The position numbers and the translations under genes were made by a program. 64,000 nucleotides of DNA, from assembly GCF_006345805.1 (NCBI RefSeq), contig NC_043008.1, positions 28,024,001-28,088,000 on the forward strand, read 5' to 3'. Source of the DNA: Octopus sinensis (lineage: Eukaryota). Under the pieces are notes generated by a model. That model was given only the letters and a program-made list of their open reading frames with translations, was not told where the DNA came from and did not search any database. This document shows positions 37,785 to 52,500 of the stretch, in pieces (the first letter of the stretch is position 1; each line of letters starts with the position of its first letter).

Positions 37785-38660
37785 ATAGGTAATGGAAATT
37801 AATTAAAATTTTCATTTCAAGTGGCCTAATGTGTAAAAATTTAGTCCAAAGACTATGTATTAGTAATAAAATGCAGTGTACATTTAAACACATGAGGAAT
37901 CCCCTCATGGGATTCAACACGCTAGAAATAACAGCTAGGTTCTATAACAACAAAATTAGGGATAAAATTCGACAGGAATGAAATGAACAAATAAAAACAT
38001 TTTATTATCTATTTTCCTGCACCAATTGATTTCTGATTTTAGTTTAGAAAGTAAATAACTTTTATGCGCTAAGTGAAATAGTTTTTAACAAGTACACCTT
38101 CGATTAAATATATAAATACGAGGGGATCAACTGCGTGCCTCTTGTTTATACAGCCTAATTTTTTCAAAACCTTCTGCGCAGACGCAGTCCTTCGCCGGCA
38201 AGAAAAGAAACCTCGCGAGTAAAAATTATTTACTTGCTAAACTAAAATCAGAAACCAATAGGTCCAGGAAATTAGGTGGAAAAATGTCTTTATTTTTTCA
38301 TTTCGTTCCTGTCGAATTTTATCCCTAATTTTGTGGTTAGAGAACATAGCTGTTCTTTCTAGCGTGTTGAATCTCACGAGTGGATTCCTCATGTGTTTAA
38401 ATGTACACTATATTTTATGACTAATACATAGTCTTTGGACAAAATTGTTACTTTCTAGGCCACTGTAAATGAAAATTTCTATTAATTTCCATTTCCCTTT
38501 GACATGATTAAATATTATAAGTTTTTTGGATAATTTTCGGTTTTATATTTTTTCATTTCGTTCCTGTCGAATTTTATCCCTAAATTTGTGGTTCTTTCTA
38601 GCTGTTCTTTCTAGCGGGTTGAATCCCATGAGAGAATTCCTTATGTGTTATATGTACATT
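37785..38660. repeat. Fold-back element: ~280-bp inverted arms plus a partial direct copy
   Basis: 37785-38065 is inverted relative to 38222-38500; 38530-38660 repeats 38290-38410. Confidence 0.7.
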
Positions 38661-38661
38661 T

Positions 38662-38738
<77 letters not shown>

Positions 38739-39508
38739 TACATATATACGTATTTATGTACGTATGTATGTATGTACGTATATGTGCATGTATGCAAGTA
38801 CGTTTGCGTATGTGTGCATGCATATGTATGCATATACGAATATACGCATGTATTTTGTATGTATTTATTTATGTAAGTGTATAGACGTGTCTGCGTTTGT
38901 GTAGATGTGTATTACATGTAAGCCTATGCTTATGTATTGATATAATTATCTGTTCGATTTGTATATACAACTGTTAATCTGTCAAAGATTCTATATATAC
39001 ATGTATATGTTCCTTTTACCACCGTCTAACAGTGAAATGATGCATTGCCTTAGTCTCATACATGGAAATATGAATTTACCTATACATTATATACAAGCAC
39101 ACACAATCATATAAACACGTATACACACACGTATATACCTATAATCATTCGGTATACACATGAATGCGTTTATCCATCTACACATATATATGTATCTATT
39201 TTCACAGACAACGGTTAAACTCAAATACTTTTCTTTGCTTATTTTTCTCTCTTTTCTTTCTCAGGTGCAGCGTGAAGATTTGTTAGTGAACAAGTCGCGG
39301 TTTCAAAGCGGCGAAGTTATTTTGACACAAATTAAATTCGAATGTTGAGGTGAAACTAATGGTTGTTGTGTTTTTTTATGGCTCAATACGTCCCCACGCT
39401 AGAGTTGTTATACATATATATGTGTGTGTGTGTGTGTGTGTGTATGCGTGTGCGTGTGTGTGTGTGTGTCTGTGTACAATGAGACCGGCGACAAAAATGG
39501 ATAATGAA

Positions 39509-39552
39509 GGTATATGCTATATTTCGGAGGCTGTTGCCACTTCATCAGTACC
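39509..39552 (-). ncRNA. Degenerate type I hammerhead motif
   Basis: GGTA-CTGATGA-AGTGGC-AACA-GCCTCC-GAAA-TATAGCAT-A-TACC. Confidence 0.55.
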
Positions 39553-39828
39553 AATATTCTCGCTTCCAACCACATTGCCTATGTAGCCATCGATTTCAGC
39601 GGTGTTAAGATATTGGGCATACCAATCTACATATTAAACGTATTCCTGGAGCTGATAGTATTTCATGTTTCTTTAACGAAATACCACATTCCTACAAATC
39701 ATTAATGTTTACATACCAGCTCCGGGAATCCGTTTGATAATATGTAAATTGGTGTATCCAATACCTTAACACCGTTGTATGCGCTGGCTGTAAAAGCAAT
39801 GTTCTCGGAGACGAGAATGGGTTAGATC

Positions 39829-39866
39829 GGTGCTGACGAAGAGGCCCCCGAAATATTGCATATACC
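39829..39866 (+). ncRNA. Degenerate type I hammerhead motif (inverted partner)
   Basis: GGTG-CTGACGA-AGAGGCCCCC-GAAA-TATTGCAT-A-TACC; stem II loop deleted. Confidence 0.45.
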
Positions 39867-42800
39867 CACATTACTCATCTGTTCTCCGATCTCATAAGTT
39901 GTTTACATCTGACGTCTCGATGCGATTCTTGTGGCAAAATCAGTGCTAGCTATAATTTCGATAGAATACTTGTAGAAACAACCTTTACGAATGAAGCACT
40001 ACTGGCACAATAGATCATTGTATTGATTTATAAAATATTTAGTATACTTTATAGTATTTTATATTTGCATAACAATGTACCACTTACCACAAAATCGTTA
40101 ATATTTACATACCAATTCCAGGAATGATTTTAATATGTAAATTGGTATATCGAACGGTGTAAAATAATGTCATATTCTCATCAGGAAAGAAAGAGAACTT
40201 ATCTCAACAAGAGAAGATTACATTATTTTACACCGTTTATTCCTTTGGAATAAAACCAATGTTGTCTTCGAAACATATGTCGAAAGTAAAATAATTTGAA
40301 TAACATCTGCGTCCAAGTCTATTTACTTATATATATATATATATACACACATATACATATATATATGTATGTATATTTATATAATGCAATGATGTTAAAT
40401 ATATACTTATACTCACTGCATTATATACAGACTAAATGTATACAATTGTTACTTGAAGAGATTGTATATTCATGTATGAGATTTATATTGAGTAATATCT
40501 TGTTATCCATAATTGTTTTTAATAAAGTTTGAATGAATGCACTCGACTATTATTTCTACTTTAGAATATTTCACAAAATTTCATCGACTTTAAATATTAT
40601 GCGTGCAACAAAACATATTTCACTTTAACTTAAGTGATTTGTTATTACCTAATTCCCTAAATAGTGTTTCAGTAGATAATTTAGTTACCTACATATCATT
40701 CCGATATCGTTATCAATAAAGTACTAATGAAAGTATTGGTGAGAAATAGGAACTTGATAATCTGTCGCTCGCGCCCGAACACACACACACATACATATAT
40801 GTTTAAATTTAAGCTTAGATAAGAGGATTTTAAATAATACAAAATATAAGTATCCAAATACAATTTCTTATTTTACTAATGATGTTTCTCAATCAATCTT
40901 TTTCTAGGTTGTGATTTAAACTCGATAGATCATAACCAATTATAATGCCTAACTCTACACTTTACCTTTCATTTGAGTTTTCAGCATTAGTATGCTTGCA
41001 TTTCACATTGTTTCACATGAGATACCTCTATCAGCATTTGGGAATTCAGGAATTCAGGTGCTCAGCTAGACGTGCCAATAATATTAAAAGAAAATGACGT
41101 TATAATATGTAATTGTTTGAAATATATAATCATACGATTCTCATTATTGAGAATGAAATAAAACAGCGTAGCATTGAAAGCAATAATTTAATAATTCACT
41201 GAATACATCAAGTGTAAACTGTTAGATACAATATTTCAATTCGTATGTCTACTTCGACCTCATTTAAGTGCCACATGTCTATTAAATGCCGATACTCTGG
41301 CCATATGAAAAAAAAATTCGGCAATAATGAAATACTCCAATGTGTTTTGAAAAAACTTTCCTAATAGTAGGAATACTTTTGTATTAAATGTCAAAGTATA
41401 AATACCTGTCTTAGTGTGAAGCATAACGGACTAGTGATGATTTCATTTCATTTGGTTATGAAGGGCACTTATGTAAATAAGATATGAAAGACGAGCAGCA
41501 TTTGCTTAAAATAAGAAAGAATAATATGAAGCTAATTCTACATTGAAACATACTGCTAGTATAATATATTAGAACAAGACTTTTATGTAACATACAGTAA
41601 AATTGGAATAAAATTTTATAATCATACGAAGAAACTGAAAGATGTTATATAAAATTTAAACATTTGATAGGAGATTGAATTTCTACAAAACATTTACTTT
41701 CTTCAAAAATGACTATCTATTTTCTGATGTTTAATTAATATTTTCATTTACTATATCTTAATGATCCTGGATAAAAATCTAAAGAAACACCTGTAAATGC
41801 TTGAAAGACAAGTTTAACGAACACGTGACTAGTCACTTTTAACGTTTATATAATATTTTGTCTATACGAAGGAACTATCATCTCCTTATTGTGTCATCTC
41901 AAGGTACACTTCAAAAATCTTCGTAAAGATATTTCCTATTTAAGAACAAACAGGCAGGTGTTATAGTCAGCTTGATAAATAGCACACAGATAGAAAAAAC
42001 ATTGAATATTTCATTCGCCAAGATGTGGCTTGCATTCGGTTCCTCCTCTCATTATTTGAACAATATTCTAAACCACATTCCATGTAAAGCATTTCCTCGA
42101 AACTTTATTTTTTTCCCTTTGCAATATTCTTGCTTTCACTGTTACAGCTCCAATCTTTGAAATTTCAGCTATTATCCGTTCCTCTGTGACAACAGAGAAT
42201 TTATGCATAATTCATGTGGAAAATGTAGCCGAATAATTTCAATCTGGCTTTTCTTTTACTGCGAAAAGCGACATTGGAAGAAAATTTAATGATTATATTA
42301 GGCTCCTACATATTTCGTAACACGCACATTCGTATACTAATCCCTGTGCATCACACACATGTAAAATACTCAATGTCACCTCAGTAGTTGTTCCTCGCAA
42401 TTTCAGTTTCAAAGCATAACATAAATTGCGTAAGGAATATTATGCTCGCTTCAGGTTCGTAAGTTACTTCAGTACAAATCTGTCGCTGTTTACCTAGAAA
42501 TTGTGATGCAGATATCAGCTGAATGCAAAGATAAATGTTGGAAGATAGTTAGACGGCACGCAAATGACGTATTTCACATTTCAAAAGTACACAAGATTGC
42601 TAGATATCCACGCGCCGATTCCTTTCTTCTTTCTTCTAATAAACAACCTCCGTTTCATTCTTATATATAAACTGGTGGATTACCATGACCCTCAGCGCAC
42701 CAAACAAACACGCACCGTAATTACTGAGGTAAAACTTTTGAACTTCACAAGGTTTTCTTATTGCAGAATTGTGAAAATATTTTCATACAGATATATATTT

Positions 42801-44305
42801 AGAATTGCTCATATTTAATAATATATCTATCAATCAATCCTATAAACTTTAGAGATTTTACAAAATTATATAGACGGTCGGTAGAACGTTACTTCCTTCC
42901 GCGGTAAACACGAACGCAATGAAATAATTAACTAATTATGATATAAGTGCGATAAATTTCTTTATATTTGAGATTCTATGAAGATTTGAATGGAACTACA
43001 TATTCGTATTAAAATTATTAGAACGCATGCATCAAATGTGCTTATAGTCAACATTATTTTATGCACCCGGTCAATCCCGAACAGATTTCTTTTGAAGTAA
43101 ATCACAGTTAATAGACGTAATCGTCCGAACTATCAATGATTAATTTCTAAAAAAATTAAACATTGAATAATTGCACAGAAACGTTTGACTCTCCATCTGA
43201 AAGAGCAGTTTTTTCGACGCTTTTGCAGTGCAGAGTTTAAAGTTCAAATGAAACCAGAACAGCCGATTACTACGCAACAGGCATCGGCTAGATCTCTGGC
43301 ATTCGAGTCGTATGTAAAATCTAGCACATGAATATTGCAGGTGTACTACAGTTCGAGATTCAAAGAACGGAAGGGGTAAGAACGTGAAGCAGGAAGATTA
43401 AATGAAAGTTGTTGGTAAATAAACAAAAATAAATCTCTATTTGAAAACTCTTAAAGCAATTATTTGATACATGGGAATTTGTGATCGGACATCAGATTAT
43501 TTTTATCGAATATTATATTTAGCTGCAGTATTTTGTGCTCTTTTGTATTAGGATACTTCTTGGATGAAAGACAGTCGATCTGTATTGAATGGCTTGGCTT
43601 ATTTGAATATTTTATTTAGTTGGCATCCCATTCAAATTTTATTATCGCTGCAATATTTTGATGGGCACTTTTATTTTAGGCTTACTTCTTAACGTGAATT
43701 TTCCCAGATTTATGAAAAATTAATAATATTGTCATGCCTAGCTCGTATTTTACATTCTAGTATGTGTATATGTTGCATCACCACACCCGTATCCAGCTGC
43801 CGAGATATATGCCTTGTGGTAAGCTAGTAATAACATGGAATAGCCTCTTAGATATAGCGATTAAATTTACTTGTTAGTATAGTTACTCTTCGGATGTCTT
43901 CTTGATATTTAACAGCTAGTTACTTTGCTTCACGAAAATCAGTGACCGATGGTCGCTTTGCTTACAAGGTTTTGCAGGCTGGAACGGATCTTGGCTGGGA
44001 AAGGCACTGGCGACCAGGTATTCGTGTGTGAATATGAGACACCCAGCTCGAAACTGAGACAGTCTCGCAACCCTGATGTCTGCTAGAGGATGGTAAGTGT
44101 TCGCTCTCTCGGCTACCAATATATATCTATGTACAGGGTGCAGCTCCCCACCGATGACCAGGTGGAAGAAGATCTGCCTGGGGCTGAACTAGTAGAAAGA
44201 TGGAACAGCCACTTTGATGCGGAGATGAAATTGTTAATATAGTTACTACTCTAATCTCTTCAGATTTTATTAGTTACTTTGCTTAAGCAGACGCATACAC
44301 ACACG

Positions 44306-44339
<34 letters not shown>

Positions 44340-44412
44340 CATATATACACACATATATATACATATATACATATACACATATACATATATATATAATATA
44401 TATATATATATG

Positions 44413-44443
<31 letters not shown>

Positions 44444-44457
44444 CATGCACATATACA

Positions 44458-44587
<130 letters not shown>

Positions 44588-44924
44588 CGAACTCCGGGGT
44601 AAATGAAACTGGGACAACTGGAAAAGTGAAATATTCCTTGTGTTGTATGTCTTGCTTCTCTGTTTTTTCGTCGTTTGATTAAAAGTTCGTTTCTATGTTT
44701 TTGCTTTTATGTTTTCGTTTCTCATTGTGTTCCACATTTTTTTATGTGCTGTACCCTATATGCATGTATATATACATATATATGTAGGTATGTACATATA
44801 TGTATGAATATATGCATGTGTTTATATATTATTTATATTATAATATATGTATATGTATATATATATGTATATATATATATATATATTATATATATTATAT
44901 ATATATATATATATAATATATATA

Positions 44925-44959
<35 letters not shown>

Positions 44960-45367
44960 CCATATATACATGCATAAATAAATATACAAGTGTAAAGATT
45001 ATTACAGATAATAATTTATAACTGTGGCCAGAATGCATAGAAAATTTTCCGTAGGCCATGAAATAGTTACATGTGTATCTGTATGCGCGGGCGCGCGTTT
45101 AAATTGCACACTGAGAGGAGAATCACACGAAAAAATAAATTTAAAGCACGTGGACCGTTAGGGGGCAAGAAAATTTTATTAGTTATTAATATGAAACTTC
45201 GAAGTATATAATCAACCTGTCCTATTTTATTTTTTCAACGTACTAAAAATGTACTTTTCGTGGTTTGGTGAATTGACCTTTCATTTCAGCATGCAAGACA
45301 GCCTAGTGATCTTGCATGCAAGACTACCAAGTGGTTCTTCTCTGAGTGTGCAATATATACAAAAGTA

Positions 45368-45432
<65 letters not shown>

Positions 45433-45495
45433 TTTTTTTCGTTTTTCTTGTTTCAGCTCAGAGCTGCGGCCATGCTGATGCACCGCCGTTACATA

Positions 45496-45544
<49 letters not shown>

Positions 45545-45757
45545 GTATATATATATATAAAGAGAGAGAGAGAGGTAATGGTACCAATAAGACAGGAAGG
45601 TGTCAAAGGTGTCAGGTAATGCTCAGTAACTGCTATAGATAGACCATGGTTAGGCTCTAAGTTATGCAAACAAGGAGTCCAACGTATTTATAAAGGTTCT
45701 AATATCTGCATACCCTTAGTTTTTTTTTATCTCATTCTGAAAAAAAAATTATAGGTA

Positions 45758-45806
<49 letters not shown>

Positions 45807-45873
45807 GACAATAAACAATGAGGCAAGGCAAATATCTCAAGTCGTATAAGATATAATTTTTAGAAAAACTTCG

Positions 45874-45912
45874 GTCATACACCTGTTTCTGGTATATTGC
45901 ATCATCAGGGAC
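45874..45912 (-). ncRNA. Degenerate type I hammerhead motif
   Basis: GTCC-CTGATGA-TGCAATATACCA-GAAA-CAGGTGT-A-TGAC. Confidence 0.5.
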
Positions 45913-46504
45913 AAAGATGTGAAAATAGGGAAAATAAGAATAGCTTATATTAATGAGATGACAGCATAGAGAAGGGAATAAGGGCACAGAAAGAAAGAAG
46001 AAAAAAGAACAAGTTTAACTGTTTATATTTCCGATGTTATAGAAAGAAAACAGAGTCTGAAGTACAATCCTGTGTAGATCTACGAGAGAATGTCCTTAGG
46101 TACAACCCTGCGCGGGTTAAATTCATGATATAATAGACATCCAGAGAAAAAAGACGCGAAAATATCAGCGTTCAATAACAGAATGGTAGCGCAGGTGGCT
46201 ATTGAATGGTAAACGAAAAGAAGAGAAAATACATAGGAAAATAGGTACAAACAGCGAGAGCGGAATTCAAGGATTGGCTATAGGATAAAGTAATATGTAT
46301 AGGTGTATGGTCTCTAAGAATTGAGTGTGAGGTAGCCGAGAAAATAAGAGAGAGTATGAGTAGGTATAGGATGAAGTAAAAATAGAGCAAAATGAAAGGA
46401 ATTTAAAGGGAGTAGTAATTCCTCACAATACATTCCTAGCATACTTAATCATTTAGATCACACGTGAACTAAACCTCTATACATTGGATATATATATATA
46501 TATA

Positions 46505-47165
46505 AATTTTCATTTTCATTTGTCCTGCCCGCTGTATTTTTGCTCTAGAGAATTTCCTGGTAGTTTGATCGTTGATGGTCTATTTCTAGCATACGGCCGA
46601 CTCCCTAGCAGTAAGCCCTGCCAATATACACATATATTAGAATTTTCTCTGACTTCTCAGATTTTTTGTATGCTGGACTACTGGTTTTAAATTGATATTA
46701 AAATTAATATTAATTTATCTCCATCATTATTTAAATATTGAAATAAATACATTCTCTAGTAGTAAGCACCAACCGCAGTGAATTATTTACTGCAGCCCTT
46801 CGCCTCAGGAATTTATTAGCGCGCCAGAACCAAGACATTTGAACTTTTATCACTAGTGTAATCGGTAAAACTATACACGTGTCTGTACTGGCACGAAAGC
46901 TGGGGTTAGTCTCCCAGTTTACATTACAATGAACGAATGCACTGAAGAAGCGCGGACATTTGTATTACGTAAGTAATTCTTTTGTTAAAGGCCCAAACTG
47001 AGGTATGCATTTAATTCTGTTTTTTATATAAATTTTCATTTGTCCTGCCCGCCAAATTTGGTTCTGGTGTTCGCTGTATTTTTCCTCTAGAGAATTTCCT
47101 TGCAGTTTGATCGTTGATGGTCTATTTCTAGCATACGGCCGACTCCCTAGCAGTAATCCCTGCCA

Positions 47166-47180
<15 letters not shown>
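46505..47180. repeat. ~130-bp direct repeats (46510-46635, 47035-47175) flanking a ~400-bp interior
   Basis: TTTCATTTGTCCTGCCCGC...CCCTAGCAGTAA.CCCTGCCAATATA occurs twice. Confidence 0.7.
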
Positions 47181-47200
<20 letters not shown>

Positions 47201-47255
47201 TATATATTTTTACCTAAAGAAACGCTCTAACTTGTAATTTGTCCCGTCTGTGTGC

Positions 47256-47294
47256 AGCCCTGATGAATAGCTTTGCGTAAACCATGGTTCGCTT
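47256..47294 (+). ncRNA. Decayed hammerhead-like remnant
   Basis: AGCC-CTGATGA...GTAAA-CCATGGT-T-CGCT. Palindromic ACCATGGT, but GAAA is broken. Confidence 0.25.
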
Positions 47295-47493
47295 TGTCCT
47301 CTTACTTTATTATCATCTTATAATCATCTCATAACAATGACTTTTATGACTCTTATTACTACCTCAGTCAAGCTAAATGTATATATTTGTCATTACCTGT
47401 CATAAATAGCCTTTTTTTATTTGCAATGTGCATTTTACCCTTACATTTCCACTTGTATTTTTTTTTGTATTTCTTTTTATAACATATTTCTAC

Positions 47494-47562
<69 letters not shown>

Positions 47563-47713
47563 ATATATATATCGAAATAAGCAACAAGGATATCCTTGTT
47601 GCTTATTTCGATGACAATCACCCCATTTAGAATTATATGGATAATACCATACTAAATTCTGGTGCGTTAACTGAAGTACGATATTCAACTGAATCTAAAT
47701 TTTTTACTATATA

Positions 47714-47765
<52 letters not shown>

Positions 47766-48952
47766 TATACGTACATACATATTTATATATAAACATACAG
47801 ACGTGATGGATATATACATATATATGTATGTGTTTGTGTATACATATCTGTATACGTTGAATCATTGACGTAACCATGATGTTGTGGTCACCTGATAGGT
47901 AGCATTTTTTTCTGTATTGATTTGTGAATATAAAATGCTATTGTATAATGTGTAGCAAGTTTGCATATAAGAGTAGACATGTAAACGTTATTTACTATAC
48001 ATTGAAATAGGTGTTACATGCAGGATGTTGCGAAACGGCAGTAATCCTAAGGATGGCAAGTGGTTAAGTAAATTTGTTTACCTCTCATGCCTCCTGTTAT
48101 AATAGAATGAAAGTTAGCTATAAACATTTAGCCTACTCTTCATCAATAATTAAAATTTTCTATATAATTATTTAATTTATCAACAAAACAATGAGTAAAA
48201 CTTAAAACGAAGTTTTAAATTTTATATGTTCTTAGGCTACTAATAAAATTGTAAGATTAGAAACTAAGAGAATACAATTAACATAAATACTAAAATAAAA
48301 AAGTAAATAAACAAAACAAGTAACTGAGAATATTATATTGTATGTAATCAAATTACCACAAACATTTTTGTTAGAAGAGCCTGAAGTTATTGCCACATTA
48401 CTACTGTGCTTTTCAAGTTACTGTAGCCTTTGGCACTACAATCATACAAAACATTAGATGTTCTAAATCATATTTTCATTAGATAAAAAAATGTCATCCT
48501 TTTTTATATATTTTATACATTTTTTATATAATATGAAATTTTATTTCACATTACTGTATATTTTATTGATTCTCTCCCCACCCAAATATATCTCGATTCT
48601 GCACCCTTTGTCTCTAATCATTTCATCTTAATTGTATCTCTGCAATCTATCATGTCAGATCGTGACAGCTAATCACTCTACGAGTGAAATTAAAAAGATG
48701 AATGCATTTAATGGAACAATTATTGTGATTATTTTGACTAACAAAGGCAGAAAAATAGGTTAGACGAATATGAACAATAGGTCCAGGCAAAACTGTTCAT
48801 TCCGCTGGAATCAATAATAATGAGATACTCAATTAAGGTAAACCCATAAGAATTGATTTCTCAATCATAAATAACATTATTTTGAAAACTATTAACTATC
48901 TTTTACAATTACAAAAATATTTGTATAGTTTTAAGTAGTCATATATGCATAA

Positions 48953-49080
<128 letters not shown>

Positions 49081-49498
49081 TATGTATGTATATGCGTGTG
49101 TGTATGTGCGTTTGTGTGTGCATTTCTGCTATATTAATAATAATAATTTTAAAGAAACTATTATTACTATTATTATTATTATTATTATGTAGCTTTGTCA
49201 TATTAATACTAATAACCTGGTGCAACATTTAGATATATGTACATTCTTTCAGAACTAATCGACAGTTCGAGCACAGACCATTAATAACAAATTTATAGAC
49301 GAAAGGAATACAAAAGGATGCATTGACTTTATTAACTCGCATGTATTGCAGCTCTAAGGTGCAACGCCGCCCCTGCTGATTGCTTGTGTAGCACACTATA
49401 GGTTCATCGGATCGTCAATAATCTTTATGAATCTCAGCTAAACTTATTATCTGTGAAGCTGCCTATCAATTCATCTATCTATCTGTTATTTATGCACT

Positions 49499-49624
<126 letters not shown>

Positions 49625-50111
49625 TAGCAATAAAACAATGGAGGGTATCAATAGGTGGTATGCATCAAATTTTAGAGATTATATAATGTCTATTTATTTA
49701 ATTATTAACTAAAATGACAATTACATCATTATACATACATGCATAACTTATGATGCTTTACATATATAATATATAAAGATACCAGAAATTGTTGAAATAT
49801 ATATATATATATATTATATATTATATATGTAAAACATAATATGTTATACATGTATGTATAATGCTGAATTTGTCCTTTAAGTAAATAAATAAAGGAATTG
49901 ACATAATATAATGTCTAAAGTTGACTAATACCACATATTTATCCCCTCCATTTTCTTATTGCACAATTAAAATAGCATTAAAATACCCTTAATCGATAAT
50001 GTAATTTCAATGCATAAAAACACTTGTGCATTAATAATTGGGTAATCTACCAGCAGTATATTGGATAGATATTATCCCTTACTTGGTTGGATTCACAACG
50101 TCTTTCTTGGA

Positions 50112-50223
<112 letters not shown>

Positions 50224-50226
50224 ATA

Positions 50227-50309
<83 letters not shown>

Positions 50310-50524
50310 TGCAACAAGGGTATCCAGAGTTAAAGCAGTACGATCGATTCATGCAACTCCATTTAATGTAACAAGGCAATCATTTCATCAATTTAAATGT
50401 TGGCCAATCCTCAGCTACATGGAGACTTTAGAATTTAATTAGATTAAAACAGTTGGACACATTAGTAAAATTAAGAACATGTTGTCTTCACTCCAGCATA
50501 GCAAGTATATATATATATAGTTCC

Positions 50525-51195
50525 CTATCTTTGTTAACGCAACTAAGTGTATTACCGATTACACCAGCGAACCTGCTCCTTTCTGACAAATTTATGAACT
50601 CCATTAATTCGTAGCTGTTTCTGTAAACAAACTTTAAAATGCTTACGGTGCGATTGGTTTTGTTCGCTGATGTAATCGGTAACACACTTAGTCGTGTTAA
50701 CAAAGGGAAATGGGTTAGAGTCCTAAACCTATGGGAAAGCCTAAGTTTTTAGTTGATACCTTAGGTGCTCCAGTCATTTGCACGGTGATTGCTATAATCT
50801 ATAAGCTTATAAAAAAATACTATTATTATTATTTAAAGAATTATAAAATTCGACACCGCTTAACAAAACCGTTCGCACCGAGAGCACAAAAGATTTGTTT
50901 AGAAAAGCAACTACGAAATAATATAGTTCCTAAATTTGACAGAAGGAAGGAGGCTGGTTCGACTGTGTAATCGGTAACACAATCTCGTTAACAAAAGGAT
51001 GTAGGTTCGCGTCCCACGCGTACGAGAAAGCCTATTTTTTGATTCCGTCGAATGCTTACATGTCTCATTATTAGATTATATTCGGTAGTCATTTCCACAG
51101 TGATCGCTATGAACCTTAATTTTATACAAAAATACCATTACTTTTATTATCAGAATTGTAATACTCGACACCGCTTAACAAAAGCATTCGTACCT
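50525..51195. repeat. Diverged ~300-bp direct repeat pair with an upstream inverted partial copy
   Basis: GTAATCGGTAACAC..GTTAACAAA..CGACACCGCTTAACAAAA at 50660-50880 and 50955-51195; inverse at 50525-50590. Confidence 0.55.
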
Positions 51196-51555
51196 GTATA
51201 TACACACACATCTATATGTGCATATATGGGTAGAGGACGTCAGCCACTTTGTAAAAATATGAAATACGAATACAAATGAGTTAGATTCGAAAACAACGAG
51301 CGAAATTATTGGAAAACAAGTAACACATAGAACGACCGTTCATCAGTTGTCGGCTGTCTCTCTACTCTTCATTTCGAGCATTCAATGACAATATGAATTT
51401 TCGATGACGGTTGCTTTCATAAATCCCAAATTAAAATTTTCAATTTATGGAGGGTCAATGTTGGAAACAAAGACAGGGCAGCGGAGATATACGAGAAAAT
51501 GAACGTAAACAATCATGGAGGGCCGATCGAAGAGAGTGATAGATACAAACAGAAG

Positions 51556-51616
<61 letters not shown>

Positions 51617-51829
51617 GTCTGTGAGTGCGTGTGTGTGTATAAATATCTATATGTATTTATGTTCGTCTGTATATGCATGTGGGAACTTTGATGGACATAC
51701 AAAATACATACCAATCTTACGGACTGAACTGTACTCGTCTCCCAAGAACTTCCCCGTTTCAACAATGATGCAAATGCTTTGAGCGAAGCTCGTTTTTTTT
51801 TTGAGATGGCAACGTCAGGAAGCTGGCTA

Positions 51830-52500
51830 CACATTGTTTTGGCACGAAAACAATTCTAACGTAACTTGCATCCATAGCGTCTGACTTCCCATCAAAACCG
51901 TGCTGGTCAAGAAGCACAAACTGACCCCAATATGAAGAAGATAACTTCTGATGTTAGATAACATGTGATGTTCATACGGATCATGCTTTACCACAAGACC
52001 TGACCTACGCTGCTCTCAATCTATTCTCTAACCCTAGACTCAAGTGACAAATATTGAAATGCTTTCTACAGCTCTGTAAGGACAAACTGATCATTCCATG
52101 ATAAACTAATCATTCTTTGCAATTTCATCGGCCTAGTCGGTCTGGCAAACCATGCCGTTTAAACATAGGATTGGAAACTGCAACGCCAATGGACACCTCC
52201 TCCTCGGACTCGGTGGTGTAACCGACCTGACTGTTACGAACACTTTCTTCCATCTTTCAACCAGCCACAAAAGAACTTAGCAATGTCAAAGGTCAATTCA
52301 CTGGCATATTCTGGATCATGATTTGATTGCCAGGCACTGATGGTCGCTACACCGATCACCGGCTTTAGGTTCAACGATTCATCCTTTGCATCCCTCCACC
52401 GCTTCGGTATCCTAGTATGCAAAAGCCCAGAGTTAGAAGTAAAGCACACTGAATGACTGAATGGCTCGGTTGCATTCCAAGCTTTCCTAGACGCGGTTAT
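51830..52500 (+). mobile_element. Decayed RTE-type LINE endonuclease region
   Basis: AGYTLFW..DKLII..HRIGNCNANGHLLLGL..LTVTNTF..TDHRL motifs with frameshifts. Confidence 0.65.

Noticed and set aside
40500-43900. Long repeat-poor AT-rich stretch as a gene or regulatory region
   Set aside because: No ORF, exon or RNA signature that I can support from sequence alone.
44040-44090. GAAA-CTGAGACAGTCTC...CTGATGT motif
   Set aside because: The core is broken (CTGATGT) and the stems are inconsistent with HHR topology.
46885-46955. GAAA...CTGAAGA as a type II HHR
   Set aside because: Stem III is possible, but stem II cannot form and stem I has a mismatched closing pair.
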